A DNA stretch of 24,000 nt from Pusillimonas noertemannii (GCF_003096595.1 NZ_QEKO01000011.1:52650-76649); one strand, 5' to 3'; counted from the first letter of the stretch, positions 1 to 7,839 are shown. The notes: generated by a model from the sequence alone, not told the origin. A program made the numbers and translations.

Positions 1-65
1 CCACAACCCGCAAGAGCAAGCGCGGCTAATCCCGCCGCAACCAAGGCTGGTTTTGTTCTTTTCAA
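1..65 (-). CDS. 5-prime end of a putative lipoprotein gene running off the left edge (partial)
   Basis: Hand translation of the minus strand gives TTG (63-65) then KRTKPALVAAGLAALALAGC. That is a basic n-region, an Ala/Leu h-region and an L-A-G-C lipobox. GGAGA (complement of 71-75) lies 5 nt upstream of the TTG. Only 21 codons are visible and the start is non-ATG. Confidence 0.4.
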   Translation of the reverse strand, partial: MKRTKPALVAAGLAALALAGC

Positions 66-374
66 TTTTGTCTCCGGTAGGAAGGCGATACAGCTGTCGA
101 CCAGCCGCTCAAATTGCTAAGAAGGGTAACAGATATCGTTCATAGGGCGAAAGTTAATTTTCGGCGACACGGATGCTGCGCAGCAGCAAATTTGTCGGGC
201 ATCCGCAAGCGTAAATGAACACCTGCCGCGCCCCGGGCGACTCGGTGGAGACAGCTTGGTAGGGACAGGAACACCGATTGCTGGCGTCAAGCCCATTGAC
301 AAGAAATGCCGGCGCCGCCCCGAAGCAGTAAGTTGCGGGACGGCAGGCGGCCCGGCGCGAAGAATGGAGGCGGG

Positions 375-956
375 ATGGCCTGGATAAAGGCTTTGCACAT
401 CGTGGCGATTGTGTTCTGGAGCGCTTCGTTGATCTACCTGCCCATTCTGATGGCCGGCCACAGCCCCCGCCTGTCCGACCCCAGGTATTTGCGCTTGCAC
501 GGCATGGTGCGCAATCTGTATATATGGATCGCCTCGCCCTTCGCCCTTCTGGCCATCGCCAGCGGAACGGCCCTGATACCCCTGCGTGAAGTGACGGCCC
601 CCTGGTTCGCCCTGAAGCTGCTTTTCGTGGCGGCGCTTGCCATCATCCATGCCCGTTGCGGCATCATCCTGGCCAAACAGAGCCACCGGGCCGAACGCGC
701 CAACGCCTTGGTGCGCGTAATGCGCATCGTCCTGCCCATCGTGCTGTTTCCTTGCGTGCTGTGGCTGGTGCTGGCCAAGCCGCGCCTGGCGCCCTTGTCT
801 GAACCGCCCGCGCTCAGGCTTCTTTCACACCGACCCGTTCTTCAAACACCAGCTTGCCGCCCAGCCAACCCGCCGCCGACACCAGCAGCAAGCCCAGAAA
901 AGACAGGGCCATGCCCAATGGGTACAGCGCGGCGACCGGATCGGACAGTCGCATGA
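375..956 (+). CDS. HemJ/CopD-like (UPF0093-type) integral membrane protein
   Basis: The N-terminus MAWIKALHIVAIVFWSASLIYLP resembles the HemJ signature (xxWxKAxHIxxxxxWxAGLFYLP) with the conserved His, and about 4 TM helices follow. The ATG at 375 is in frame with the 306 ORF and is preceded by GGAGG (366-370). The last ~55 aa are a Pro/Ala/Arg-rich tail encoded antisense to the next gene. The frame has no earlier stop. Confidence 0.7.
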   Translation: MAWIKALHIVAIVFWSASLIYLPILMAGHSPRLSDPRYLRLHGMVRNLYIWIASPFALLAIASGTALIPLREVTAPWFALKLLFVAALAIIHARCGIILAKQSHRAERANALVRVMRIVLPIVLFPCVLWLVLAKPRLAPLSEPPALRLLSHRPVLQTPACRPANPPPTPAASPEKTGPCPMGTARRPDRTVA

Positions 957-1284
957 ACCAGTTCAGGAAAGCGACCGAGAGCAGCATCACCGCCACCACG
1001 AAGTGGCTCCAGGCGGCCGCGCGGCGGCGGATTGAACGGATGATGAGCAGCTCGGCCGCGCCGATCAGGCCCGCGACCACCCCCATGAAGGTGCCGGCGC
1101 CCAATAGCCACAGCGATAGGCGGGCCCAGAAATCGTCGGCCGTGAACAGAAAGGCCAGGTCGGTGGCCAGTGCGGTAATGAGGAAGGCAATGGGAAAAGG
1201 CACGACCATGGGATGCATGGGATGGCTGCCCAGGGCCACGGCCGTGTGCGTCTGCTTGGGTTTGCGCCGCCAGAATGCCTTCAT
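814..1284 (-). CDS. DUF2231 domain-containing membrane protein
   Basis: HPMHPMVVPFPIAFLITALATDLAF matches the DUF2231 N-terminal motif (HP..VhFPIA), followed by about 4 TM helices. I chose the internal start MKAFW at 1284, which has AAGGA upstream. The track ORF extends to 1476, but that extension overlaps the coxB start. Confidence 0.75.
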   Translation of the reverse strand: MKAFWRRKPKQTHTAVALGSHPMHPMVVPFPIAFLITALATDLAFLFTADDFWARLSLWLLGAGTFMGVVAGLIGAAELLIIRSIRRRAAAWSHFVVAVMLLSVAFLNWFMRLSDPVAALYPLGMALSFLGLLLVSAAGWLGGKLVFEERVGVKEA

Positions 1285-1324
1285 CGTTTTCGTCCTTTCG
1301 CGCTTCAGGAAGACGCGCCAGCAA

Positions 1325-2041
1325 ATGGCATGCCTTGCCCGCGGGCATTCAACGCTGCGCCGTTGCTGGCTTGCAGCGACGGCCGCCATGCTGGCCGGAT
1401 GCGACCGCACTCCCCTCTCGGCATTGAATCCCGCCAGCGAGCAGGCAGACCATATCGCCGACGTGTGGCAGGCCATGGCCTGGGGAAGCCTTTCCGTCCT
1501 GCTGATGATGCTGGCCCTGGTGTTCCTGGCGATACGCGCGCGCTCGAGCGGCCGGCCGGGACGCCGCCCGCTGTGGCTGCTGCTGGGCGGAGGGATTCTG
1601 TTTCCCCTTAGCGTGATGGCCGCGCTGCTCGCCTATGCCTACCTGGCTGCACCGGCGCAGGGCGCGCCGGCCTATCGCGTACAGGTGACGGGCCACAGAT
1701 GGTGGTGGGAAGTACGCTATCCCCAGGCTTCGGGCGCGGCGCGCTATTCGATCAATGTGCTGCACGTGCCGCTAGGCGTCCCGGTGTCGATCGAGCTTAC
1801 CGCCTCGGACGTGATACACAGCTTCTGGGTGCCCCGGCTGGGTGGCAAGATGGACGCGATCCCGGGCCGGATCAACACGCTGGTCTACACCCCCGGCGAA
1901 GCGGGCGTCTTCCGGGGCCAATGCGCCGAGTACTGCGGCACCGGCCATGCCGCCATGCCGTTTCAGGTGGTGGTGCACGACAAGGACGATCTTTCCGGCG
2001 TGCTTGCCTCGCTGCCCACCCGACGCCCGGTGTCTCCATGA
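1325..2041 (+). CDS. coxB: cytochrome c oxidase subunit II (CuA cupredoxin, no fused cytochrome c domain)
   Basis: Contains the CuA site HSFWVP...CAEYCGTGHAAM, two TM helices and a lipoprotein-type signal ending in LAGC. The upstream part of the track ORF (854-1324) is antisense to the DUF2231 gene. The stop overlaps the next start as ATGA at 2038-2041. Confidence 0.9.
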   Translation: MACLARGHSTLRRCWLAATAAMLAGCDRTPLSALNPASEQADHIADVWQAMAWGSLSVLLMMLALVFLAIRARSSGRPGRRPLWLLLGGGILFPLSVMAALLAYAYLAAPAQGAPAYRVQVTGHRWWWEVRYPQASGAARYSINVLHVPLGVPVSIELTASDVIHSFWVPRLGGKMDAIPGRINTLVYTPGEAGVFRGQCAEYCGTGHAAMPFQVVVHDKDDLSGVLASLPTRRPVSP

Positions 2042-4515
2042 CGGAAGCGCCCGATACCCGAACCCTGCACGAAGCCCTGGACGCGCACTGGCGCTCGCCA
2101 TCGGGATGGCGCGGCATGTCGGCGGTCAACCACACCGCCATGGGGCGGCGCTTCATGGCGGCGGCCCTGTGCTTCTTCCTGGTGGGCGGAGTGCTGGCCA
2201 TGCTGATACGCGCACAGCTGGCCACTTCGCACAGCGGCTATCTGGACAGCGAACTGTACAGCCAGATATTCACCATGCACGGCACGGTGATGATGTTTCT
2301 GTTCGCCATTCCCATGCTGGAGGGATTCGCCTTCTACCTGCTGCCCAAGATGCTCGGGGCGCGCGACCTGGCGTTTCCACGGCTGGGCGCCTACGCCTGG
2401 TGGTGCTACCTGTTCGGCGGCCTGATACTGATGGCCGGCATGGCGCTGGGCCTGGCGCCCTCGAGCGGATGGTTCATGTACACGCCGCTGGCCGGCAGCC
2501 GGTACACGCCCGGCATCAACAGCGACATATGGCTGATAGGGGTTACCTTTGCCGAAATCTCGGCGCTGTGCGGAGCGGTCGAACTGATCGCCACCATACT
2601 CAAGATGCGGGCACCCGGCATGAGCCTGGCGCGCATGCCGGTGTTTGCCTGGTACATGCTGGTGACCGCGGGCATGATACTGGTCGGGTTCCCGCCCCTT
2701 ATTCTGGGCAGCATATTGCTCGAGCTCGAGCGGGCCTTCGGCCTGCCCTTCTTCACGGTGGAGCTGGGCGGAGACAATCTGCTTTGGCAGCACCTGTTCT
2801 GGATGTTCGGCCACCCCGAGGTCTACATCATCTTCCTGCCCGCCGCCGGCATGGTGTCCACGCTCGTACCCACCTTTGCACGGCATCCCCTGGTGGGTCA
2901 TGCCTGGGTGGTGAACGCGGTGGTGGCCATGGGTTTCCTCAGTTTCGGCCTATGGGTGCACCATATGTTCACCGTGGGCATCCCGCAGCTGAGCCTGGCG
3001 CTGTTCTCGGCGGCCAGCATGCTGGTGGCCCTGCCCACGGCCATCCAGTTCTTCGCGTGGATAGCCACGCTGTGGTCGGGCCGCGTGCGCCTGCGCCTGC
3101 CCATGCTGTACCTGGGGGGCTTTCTGGTGATCTTCGTGCTGGGCGGCCTGACCGGCGTGATGGTGGCGCTCGTTCCCTTCAATGTGCAGGTGCATGACAC
3201 CCACTTCGTCGTCGCCCACATGCACTACGTGCTGATAGGCGGCGCGGTGTTCCCGCTGATGGCGGCCGCCTACTACTGGATGCCGCACCTGTCGGGACGC
3301 ATGCCTTCGGCCCGCCTGGGGTCGGCCGCGTTCTGGTTCGTCTTCATTGGATTCAACCTTACGTTCCTGCCCATGCACCTGACCGGCCTGCTGGGCATGC
3401 CGCGACGCATCTTCACCTATGCGGCCGATACGGGCTGGGACACCCTGAACCTGCTCAGCAGCCTGGGCGGCTTCATCCAGGCCATCGGTTTCGGTCTCTT
3501 CCTCATCGACATCGTCCTGCATGCGCGCAAGGGCGGCGGGGCGCGGCGCAACCCCTGGCAGGCGGGCACGCTGGAGTGGGCCATGCCCATGCCGCCGCCC
3601 TCGTACAACTTCGCAAGCATTCCGGACGTCGGCAGCCGCTACCCCCTTTGGGAAGATCCGGCGTTGGGCGATAAGATCGAAGAAGGCCGCCTGTGGCTGG
3701 CGGCCTGTCCGCCGCCCACCCGGCAGACCCTGAGTGTGGACGTGGTCACCGGCGAGCCGCGCAGCGTGATCCACCTGCCCGGCCCCACCTGGATGCCCTT
3801 GTACGCCGGCATTGCGACCGGCGCCTTCTTTCTGGCCGTGCTGCTCAAGGCCTACGCGGCGGCGCTGGCGGCCGCAGCCATCGCCGTGCTGCTCTTTGCC
3901 TGCTGGGTGTGGCAACTGGCCCCGAAAGGCCGGCCGCCGCGCGTGGACGCCAGCCCCGGCGTCGACTTGCCGGGCCACTGGGCCGCCGGCGGTTCGCCCG
4001 GATGGTGGGGCATGGCCTGTACGCTGGCGGCCAATGCGACCTTGCTGGCCTCGCTGGTCTTCGGCAGCCTGTTCCTGAGCCTGTACGCGCCCAACTGGCC
4101 GCCGCCGAAATGGCTCGAGCCCGCGCCCTGGGCGGTGGCAACGCTGGGCATCGCCCTGGCCGGGCTCGTTGCCGCCGCGCTGGCCGGGCCCGCGCGCAAC
4201 CGGGCGGCGGCCTTGCAGACGGCGGCTGCCGCATGCGCCGCGACGGCGCTGGGCATTATTGTTTTGCTGGTCCGCCAGCTGGGCTCGCCCGGCCAGCACG
4301 CCTATCTGGCGCTGATGCTGGTGGTTCTGGTCTATATGGCCATTCATCTGGGCGTTGCGCTGCTCATGTGCCTGTATGCCTTGTGCCGCCGTGCCGTGCA
4401 CCCGGCTGCGATATGCGACGAGGAGCTGCGGGTCCAGGCGCTGTGGTCCGGCTATACAGGCCTGAGCGGCCTGGCCCTGCTGGGCCTGATGCTTTTCTTG
4501 CCGGGGTCGCCATGA
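2038..4515 (+). CDS. ctaD: cytochrome c oxidase subunit I fused to a subunit III-like C-terminal domain (825 aa)
   Basis: Heme-copper oxidase motifs are present: IFTMHGTVMMF, WMFGHPEVYIIFLP (CuB His, D-channel Glu, cross-link Tyr), WVHHMF and HDTHFVVAHMHYVL. The C-terminal ~250 aa are extra TM helices with the Cox3-like motif GWWGM...ATLLASLVF. The start at 2038 is ATGA-coupled to coxB. Confidence 0.9.
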   Translation: MTEAPDTRTLHEALDAHWRSPSGWRGMSAVNHTAMGRRFMAAALCFFLVGGVLAMLIRAQLATSHSGYLDSELYSQIFTMHGTVMMFLFAIPMLEGFAFYLLPKMLGARDLAFPRLGAYAWWCYLFGGLILMAGMALGLAPSSGWFMYTPLAGSRYTPGINSDIWLIGVTFAEISALCGAVELIATILKMRAPGMSLARMPVFAWYMLVTAGMILVGFPPLILGSILLELERAFGLPFFTVELGGDNLLWQHLFWMFGHPEVYIIFLPAAGMVSTLVPTFARHPLVGHAWVVNAVVAMGFLSFGLWVHHMFTVGIPQLSLALFSAASMLVALPTAIQFFAWIATLWSGRVRLRLPMLYLGGFLVIFVLGGLTGVMVALVPFNVQVHDTHFVVAHMHYVLIGGAVFPLMAAAYYWMPHLSGRMPSARLGSAAFWFVFIGFNLTFLPMHLTGLLGMPRRIFTYAADTGWDTLNLLSSLGGFIQAIGFGLFLIDIVLHARKGGGARRNPWQAGTLEWAMPMPPPSYNFASIPDVGSRYPLWEDPALGDKIEEGRLWLAACPPPTRQTLSVDVVTGEPRSVIHLPGPTWMPLYAGIATGAFFLAVLLKAYAAALAAAAIAVLLFACWVWQLAPKGRPPRVDASPGVDLPGHWAAGGSPGWWGMACTLAANATLLASLVFGSLFLSLYAPNWPPPKWLEPAPWAVATLGIALAGLVAAALAGPARNRAAALQTAAAACAATALGIIVLLVRQLGSPGQHAYLALMLVVLVYMAIHLGVALLMCLYALCRRAVHPAAICDEELRVQALWSGYTGLSGLALLGLMLFLPGSP

Positions 4516-4898
4516 GGAGCCCGCAGATGCACGGCTGGAAATCGGGCATGCCGCGTACACCCGGCGTCTGGCGCGTCATGGCGGGCTTCATCGTCTGGGC
4601 GCTCGCCTTCGTGGTGCTGTACGTGGGCCATGCGCTAGGCTGCCTGTACGTGCCGTCGACATTGACGCCCGCCAGTCTCACAATGCTCCTGACGGCGTTG
4701 TGGGCCCTGCACTTGGCGGCATGTGCCGTGCTGACCCAGCGCAGCGGCCGGCGTAGCTGCGGCATGCGGCGCGAAGGCAACGGTACCGTGCAGGCGCGCT
4801 TCATGTGGCGCGCCACCTTCCTGACCGATGCGCTCGCCCTGCTTGCCGTGCTGGTCACCGGTCTGCCCCTTCTGGCCTTCCCCGTCTGTCAGGCGTGA
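4512..4898 (+). CDS. small hypothetical membrane protein (about 3 TM helices) coupled to the oxidase genes
   Basis: The ATG at 4512 overlaps the ctaD stop (ATGA at 4512-4515). There are three hydrophobic segments: AGFIVWALAFVVLYVGHALG, LTMLLTALWALHLAACAVL and LALLAVLVTGLPLLAF. I recognise no family. An alternative start is at 4578. Confidence 0.55.
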   Translation: MRSPQMHGWKSGMPRTPGVWRVMAGFIVWALAFVVLYVGHALGCLYVPSTLTPASLTMLLTALWALHLAACAVLTQRSGRRSCGMRREGNGTVQARFMWRATFLTDALALLAVLVTGLPLLAFPVCQA

Positions 4899-4951
4899 GC
4901 TCCGCCGCAATCGCGTATGGGATGGTTAACCCGAAGTTGTAACCAAAATTC

Positions 4952-4980
4952 TTGACCGCCTATTTTTAACGGCGTAGAGT
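4952..4980 (+). promoter_or_regulatory. sigma70-like promoter for the binding-protein gene
   Basis: TTGACC (4952-4957), a 17-nt spacer, then TAGAGT (4975-4980), about 80 nt upstream of the ATG at 5062. Confidence 0.45.
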
Positions 4981-5061
4981 CGCTGCTGGCGTCCGGATTT
5001 GAATACGGACGAGCACCATCACCAGGGCCCAAGGGCCACAAGTTGCAATCCAGGAGGAAGC

Positions 5062-6234
5062 ATGAATAAAAAGTTGACGCTCGCAGCGGCCATTGCCGCC
5101 GGTTCGATGGCGATGTTCGCCGTCCCCGCGCAAGCCGACATCAACGTGGGCATTTCCCTGTCCACCACGGGCCCGGCCGCCGCACTCGGCATCCCTGAAA
5201 AGAACACGGTGCCCCTGCTGCCCGACACCATTGCCGGTGAAAAAGTCAACTACATCGTTCTCGACGACGCGACCGACGCCACCCAGGCTGGCCGCAATGC
5301 GCGCAAGCTGGTGGCCGAAGACAAGGTGGACATCTTGCTGGGCTCTTCCTCCACGCCACCCAGCGCCGCCATGGCCGAGATCGCCAACGAATCGCAAACA
5401 CCGCAGATCACCGTCGCGCCGGTCGAACTGCCCGAAGACAAGAACAAATGGGTGTTCCGCGCGCCCCAGCATTACGACGTGATGGCCGACGGCCTGATCT
5501 CGCACATGAAGGCCACCGGCGTCAAGACCCTGGGCTTCATCGGCTACACCGACGCCTATGGCGAAAGCTGGCTTACCGCCATGAAGAAAGCCACCGAAGC
5601 CGCCGGCATCAAGCTTACGGCCGTCGAGCGCTTCAACCGCACCGACACCAGCGTCACCGGCCAGGCCGTCAAGATCGTGGCCGCCAAGCCCGACGCCGTG
5701 CTGGTGGTCGCCTCGGGTACCCCATCGGTGCTGCCGCAGGTTACCTTGCAAGACCGCGGCTTCAAGGGCCAGATCTATCAAACCCACGGCACGGCCACCA
5801 AAGAGTTCATGCGCGTGGGTGGCAAGGCGGTTGAAGGCACCATCCTGCCCGTGGGTCCGGTGGTGGTGGCCCAGCAACTGCCCGACAGCAACCCGTCCAA
5901 GAAGCTGGGCCTCGACTACACCGAACGCTACGAAGCCAAGTACGGCGAAGGCTCGTTGTCCGCATTCGGCGCCCAGTTCTATGATGCCTTCCTGCTGTTC
6001 CAGAACGCCGTGCCCGAGGCACTCAAGGCCGGCAAGCCCGGTACGCCCGAGTTCCGCGCCGCCCTGCGCGACGCCATCGAGAACTCCAAAGAGGTCGTCG
6101 CCACCCATGGCGTGTACAACATGACCCCCACCGACCACTTCGGCATGGACGAGCGCGCCCGCGTGCTCATCACCGTCAAGGACGGAGACTGGGCGCTCAT
6201 CGACATGGACGCCCTCAAGAATAAAAAGCAATAA
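5062..6234 (+). CDS. ABC transporter periplasmic substrate-binding protein, LivJ/branched-chain amino acid type
   Basis: AGGAGG lies 6 nt upstream of the ATG. The Sec signal is MNKKLTLAAAIAAGSMAMFAVPAQA. The type I PBP sequence (DINVGISLSTTGPAAALG...) is typical of the Leu/Ile/Val-binding family. Confidence 0.9.
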   Translation: MNKKLTLAAAIAAGSMAMFAVPAQADINVGISLSTTGPAAALGIPEKNTVPLLPDTIAGEKVNYIVLDDATDATQAGRNARKLVAEDKVDILLGSSSTPPSAAMAEIANESQTPQITVAPVELPEDKNKWVFRAPQHYDVMADGLISHMKATGVKTLGFIGYTDAYGESWLTAMKKATEAAGIKLTAVERFNRTDTSVTGQAVKIVAAKPDAVLVVASGTPSVLPQVTLQDRGFKGQIYQTHGTATKEFMRVGGKAVEGTILPVGPVVVAQQLPDSNPSKKLGLDYTERYEAKYGEGSLSAFGAQFYDAFLLFQNAVPEALKAGKPGTPEFRAALRDAIENSKEVVATHGVYNMTPTDHFGMDERARVLITVKDGDWALIDMDALKNKKQ

Positions 6235-6305
6235 GCCGCCATCAACGGCAACAGCGCGTCGGGACGGCGCGCTTCCAAGGGCTTTTCCAACGGGTCCTTG
6301 CCTGG

Positions 6306-6331
6306 GCCCGCCTCTTCGAGGCGGGCTTTTT
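6306..6331 (+). terminator. rho-independent terminator
   Basis: GCCCGCCT (6306-6313) pairs with AGGCGGGC (6319-6326) and is followed by TTTTT (6327-6331). Confidence 0.8.
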
Positions 6332-6340
6332 ACATTCTGT

Positions 6341-6382
6341 TTGATCAGGGTCAATAAGACGCCGCGCGCCTGAGAGTAGAAT
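6341..6382 (+). promoter_or_regulatory. candidate class II FNR/ANR-dependent promoter of azurin
   Basis: TTGATcaggGTCAA (6341-6354) matches 9 of 10 positions of TTGAT-N4-ATCAA. TAGAAT (-10) is at 6377-6382. A start site about 7 nt after the -10 places the box centre near -41.5. There is no usable -35 hexamer. Confidence 0.5.
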
Positions 6383-6457
6383 GGGTCTGTCGATGGCGCG
6401 GCCAGCAATGCGCAGCGCATGCGCCAGCCAGTTTCTTACTGTTCAACGGAGCCTGAT

Positions 6458-6907
6458 ATGTTTGCCAAACTTGCCCTTGCCGCCCTGCTTTCCGCCGCCG
6501 CGCTGCCCGCCATGGCCGCCGACTGCGAAACCACCATCGAAGGCAACGACGCAATGCAGTTCAACGTGAAAGAAATCACGGTCGACAAGTCCTGCGAAAA
6601 ATACACGGTGCACCTCAAGCACGTGGGCAAGCTGCCCGTGGCCGCCATGGGCCACAACTGGGTGCTGACCAAACAGGCCGACATGCAGGCCACCGCCACC
6701 GACGGCATGGCCGCCGGCGCCGATCACGACTACATCAGGCCCAACGACGAGCGTGTCATCGCCCACACCGACCTTGTCGGCGGCGGTGAAGAATCCTCGG
6801 TCACCTTCGACGTCAGCAAGCTCAGCGCCGGCGAAGAATACGCCTACTTCTGCTCCTTCCCCGGCCACTGGGCCATCATGAAGGGCACGCTCAAGCTGGC
6901 CGGCTAA
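6458..6907 (+). CDS. azu: azurin (blue copper protein) precursor
   Basis: There is a signal peptide ending AMA. The mature sequence is collinear with known azurins: [15 protein letters not shown]...MGHNWVLTK...[17 protein letters not shown]. The Cu ligands are present: His in GHNW, and Cys, His and Met in FCSFPGH..M. Confidence 0.95.
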   Translation: MFAKLALAALLSAAALPAMAADCETTIEGNDAMQFNVKEITVDKSCEKYTVHLKHVGKLPVAAMGHNWVLTKQADMQATATDGMAAGADHDYIRPNDERVIAHTDLVGGGEESSVTFDVSKLSAGEEYAYFCSFPGHWAIMKGTLKLAG

Positions 6908-6925
6908 GCAGCGGGGCTTTCTGCC

Positions 6926-7477
6926 TCAGGCGAATTTCGCCACCCAGGCGGCGTAGCGATCGAGCCACCCTTGCAGGAACATACGCAAGGGCTCGTCGCT
7001 GACGCCGCCCTTGCTATCAAACACCCCATCATGAACCTGCACAAAGGCCTCGGGCTGGGCCAGAGTGGGCATGTCCAGTGAAGCCAGCACATTGCGCAAA
7101 TGCTGCTGCGACAACGCAGAACCCATGGCGCCGGGGCTGGCGCCCACAATGCCCGCGGGCTTCCCTTCCCATGCGCTGTCGCCGAACGGCCTGGAGCCGT
7201 GATCGATGGCGTTCTTCAGCACTCCCGGAATCGAACGGTTGTATTCGGGCGTGACAAACAGAACACCGTCGGCCGAACGTACTTCCTGCTTCATGCGGCG
7301 CACCGGTTCGCGCTGGTTCTCATCTTCATCCTGGTTGTAAAGCGGCAGATCGTCGATGCGCACAAAGCGAAAGTCCAACTGAGCAGGCGCCATGGAGACA
7401 ATGACGTCGGCGAGCTTTTTGTTCCAGGATGCTTTGCGCAAACTGCCGACCATGACGGCGATGCGGTATGGGTTCAT
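6926..7477 (-). CDS. NADPH-dependent FMN reductase family protein (ChrR/YieF-like)
   Basis: IAVMVGSLRKASWNKKLA...LFVTPEYNRSIPGVLKNAIDHGSRP is the flavodoxin-like NADPH-dependent FMN reductase signature. The start at MNPYR (7477) has GAGGAAAGG upstream. Confidence 0.85.
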   Translation of the reverse strand: MNPYRIAVMVGSLRKASWNKKLADVIVSMAPAQLDFRFVRIDDLPLYNQDEDENQREPVRRMKQEVRSADGVLFVTPEYNRSIPGVLKNAIDHGSRPFGDSAWEGKPAGIVGASPGAMGSALSQQHLRNVLASLDMPTLAQPEAFVQVHDGVFDSKGGVSDEPLRMFLQGWLDRYAAWVAKFA

Positions 7478-7780
7478 GCCTTTCCTCGTGCGGATGAAAA
7501 ACATGTTCCAGCAAGCGGCACGCCTGGTCGGCCAGGGGCAGCATGTCCGCCTTCCGCTTGATGGTTCAAGGGAATTTCTTGCACGCCTGTTTTATCCACA
7601 AAGTCTGTGCATAACCTTGCGAATAAGTCACGGACCAGACACCGAACTGCAATAAAAGAGGCGCTTTGAGGTTCAATGGACAAAACAAGCGCAGTTTGTA
7701 ACGCGCCGCCCGACTCCCCCCCACCGGGTTATAAAGAATTCCGCTGCCGGCTCTGGTTAACCCTAGCCCCTTGCACTGCT

Positions 7781-7821
7781 ATTTTGACAATTGCTTATGT
7801 ATCATAATGAGTTGGCAAAAT
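7781..7821. promoter_or_regulatory. 41-bp imperfect palindrome (candidate operator) in the AT-rich promoter region of the acetoacetyl-CoA synthetase and marR genes
   Basis: ATTTTGACAATTGCTTATGT-A-TCATAATGAGTTGGCAAAAT is centred on 7801, and 15 of 20 arm positions are complementary. The outer arms ATTTTGaCAA/TTGgCAAAAT match 9 of 10. The inner arms are TTATG/CATAA. It ends 18 nt before the ATG at 7840. Confidence 0.4.
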
Positions 7822-7839
7822 AGAGGAAAAGTACAGGCC

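Noticed and set aside
854-1324. Long N-terminal extensions in the ORF track for coxB (854), ctaD (1699), the HemJ-like gene (306), the binding protein (4999), the synthetase (7771) and fumC (16541)
   Set aside because: The extensions overlap neighbouring genes or lack an RBS. Internal starts with an RBS, a signal peptide or an ATGA overlap give products of family-typical length.
2950-4560. 536-aa ORF on the minus strand, antisense to the oxidase subunit I/III gene. Several other overlapping ORFs lie in 1699-4260.
   Set aside because: Its composition is dominated by Arg, Gly, Ala, Gln and His with no domain-like sequence. It lies exactly opposite a gene with unmistakable heme-copper oxidase motifs. 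This is a typical high-GC shadow ORF.
4966-6420. 484-aa minus-strand ORF antisense to the binding-protein gene
   Set aside because: It is a Gly/Ala/Val/Arg-rich mirror of a well-supported plus-strand gene that has an RBS, a signal peptide and a terminator. It has no start context of its own.
7784-7810. A straightforward sigma70 promoter from TTGACA (7784-7789) with CATAAT/TAATGA (7803-7810)
   Set aside because: The spacer is only 13-15 nt, which is too short for a canonical promoter. I kept the region only as a palindrome or candidate operator.
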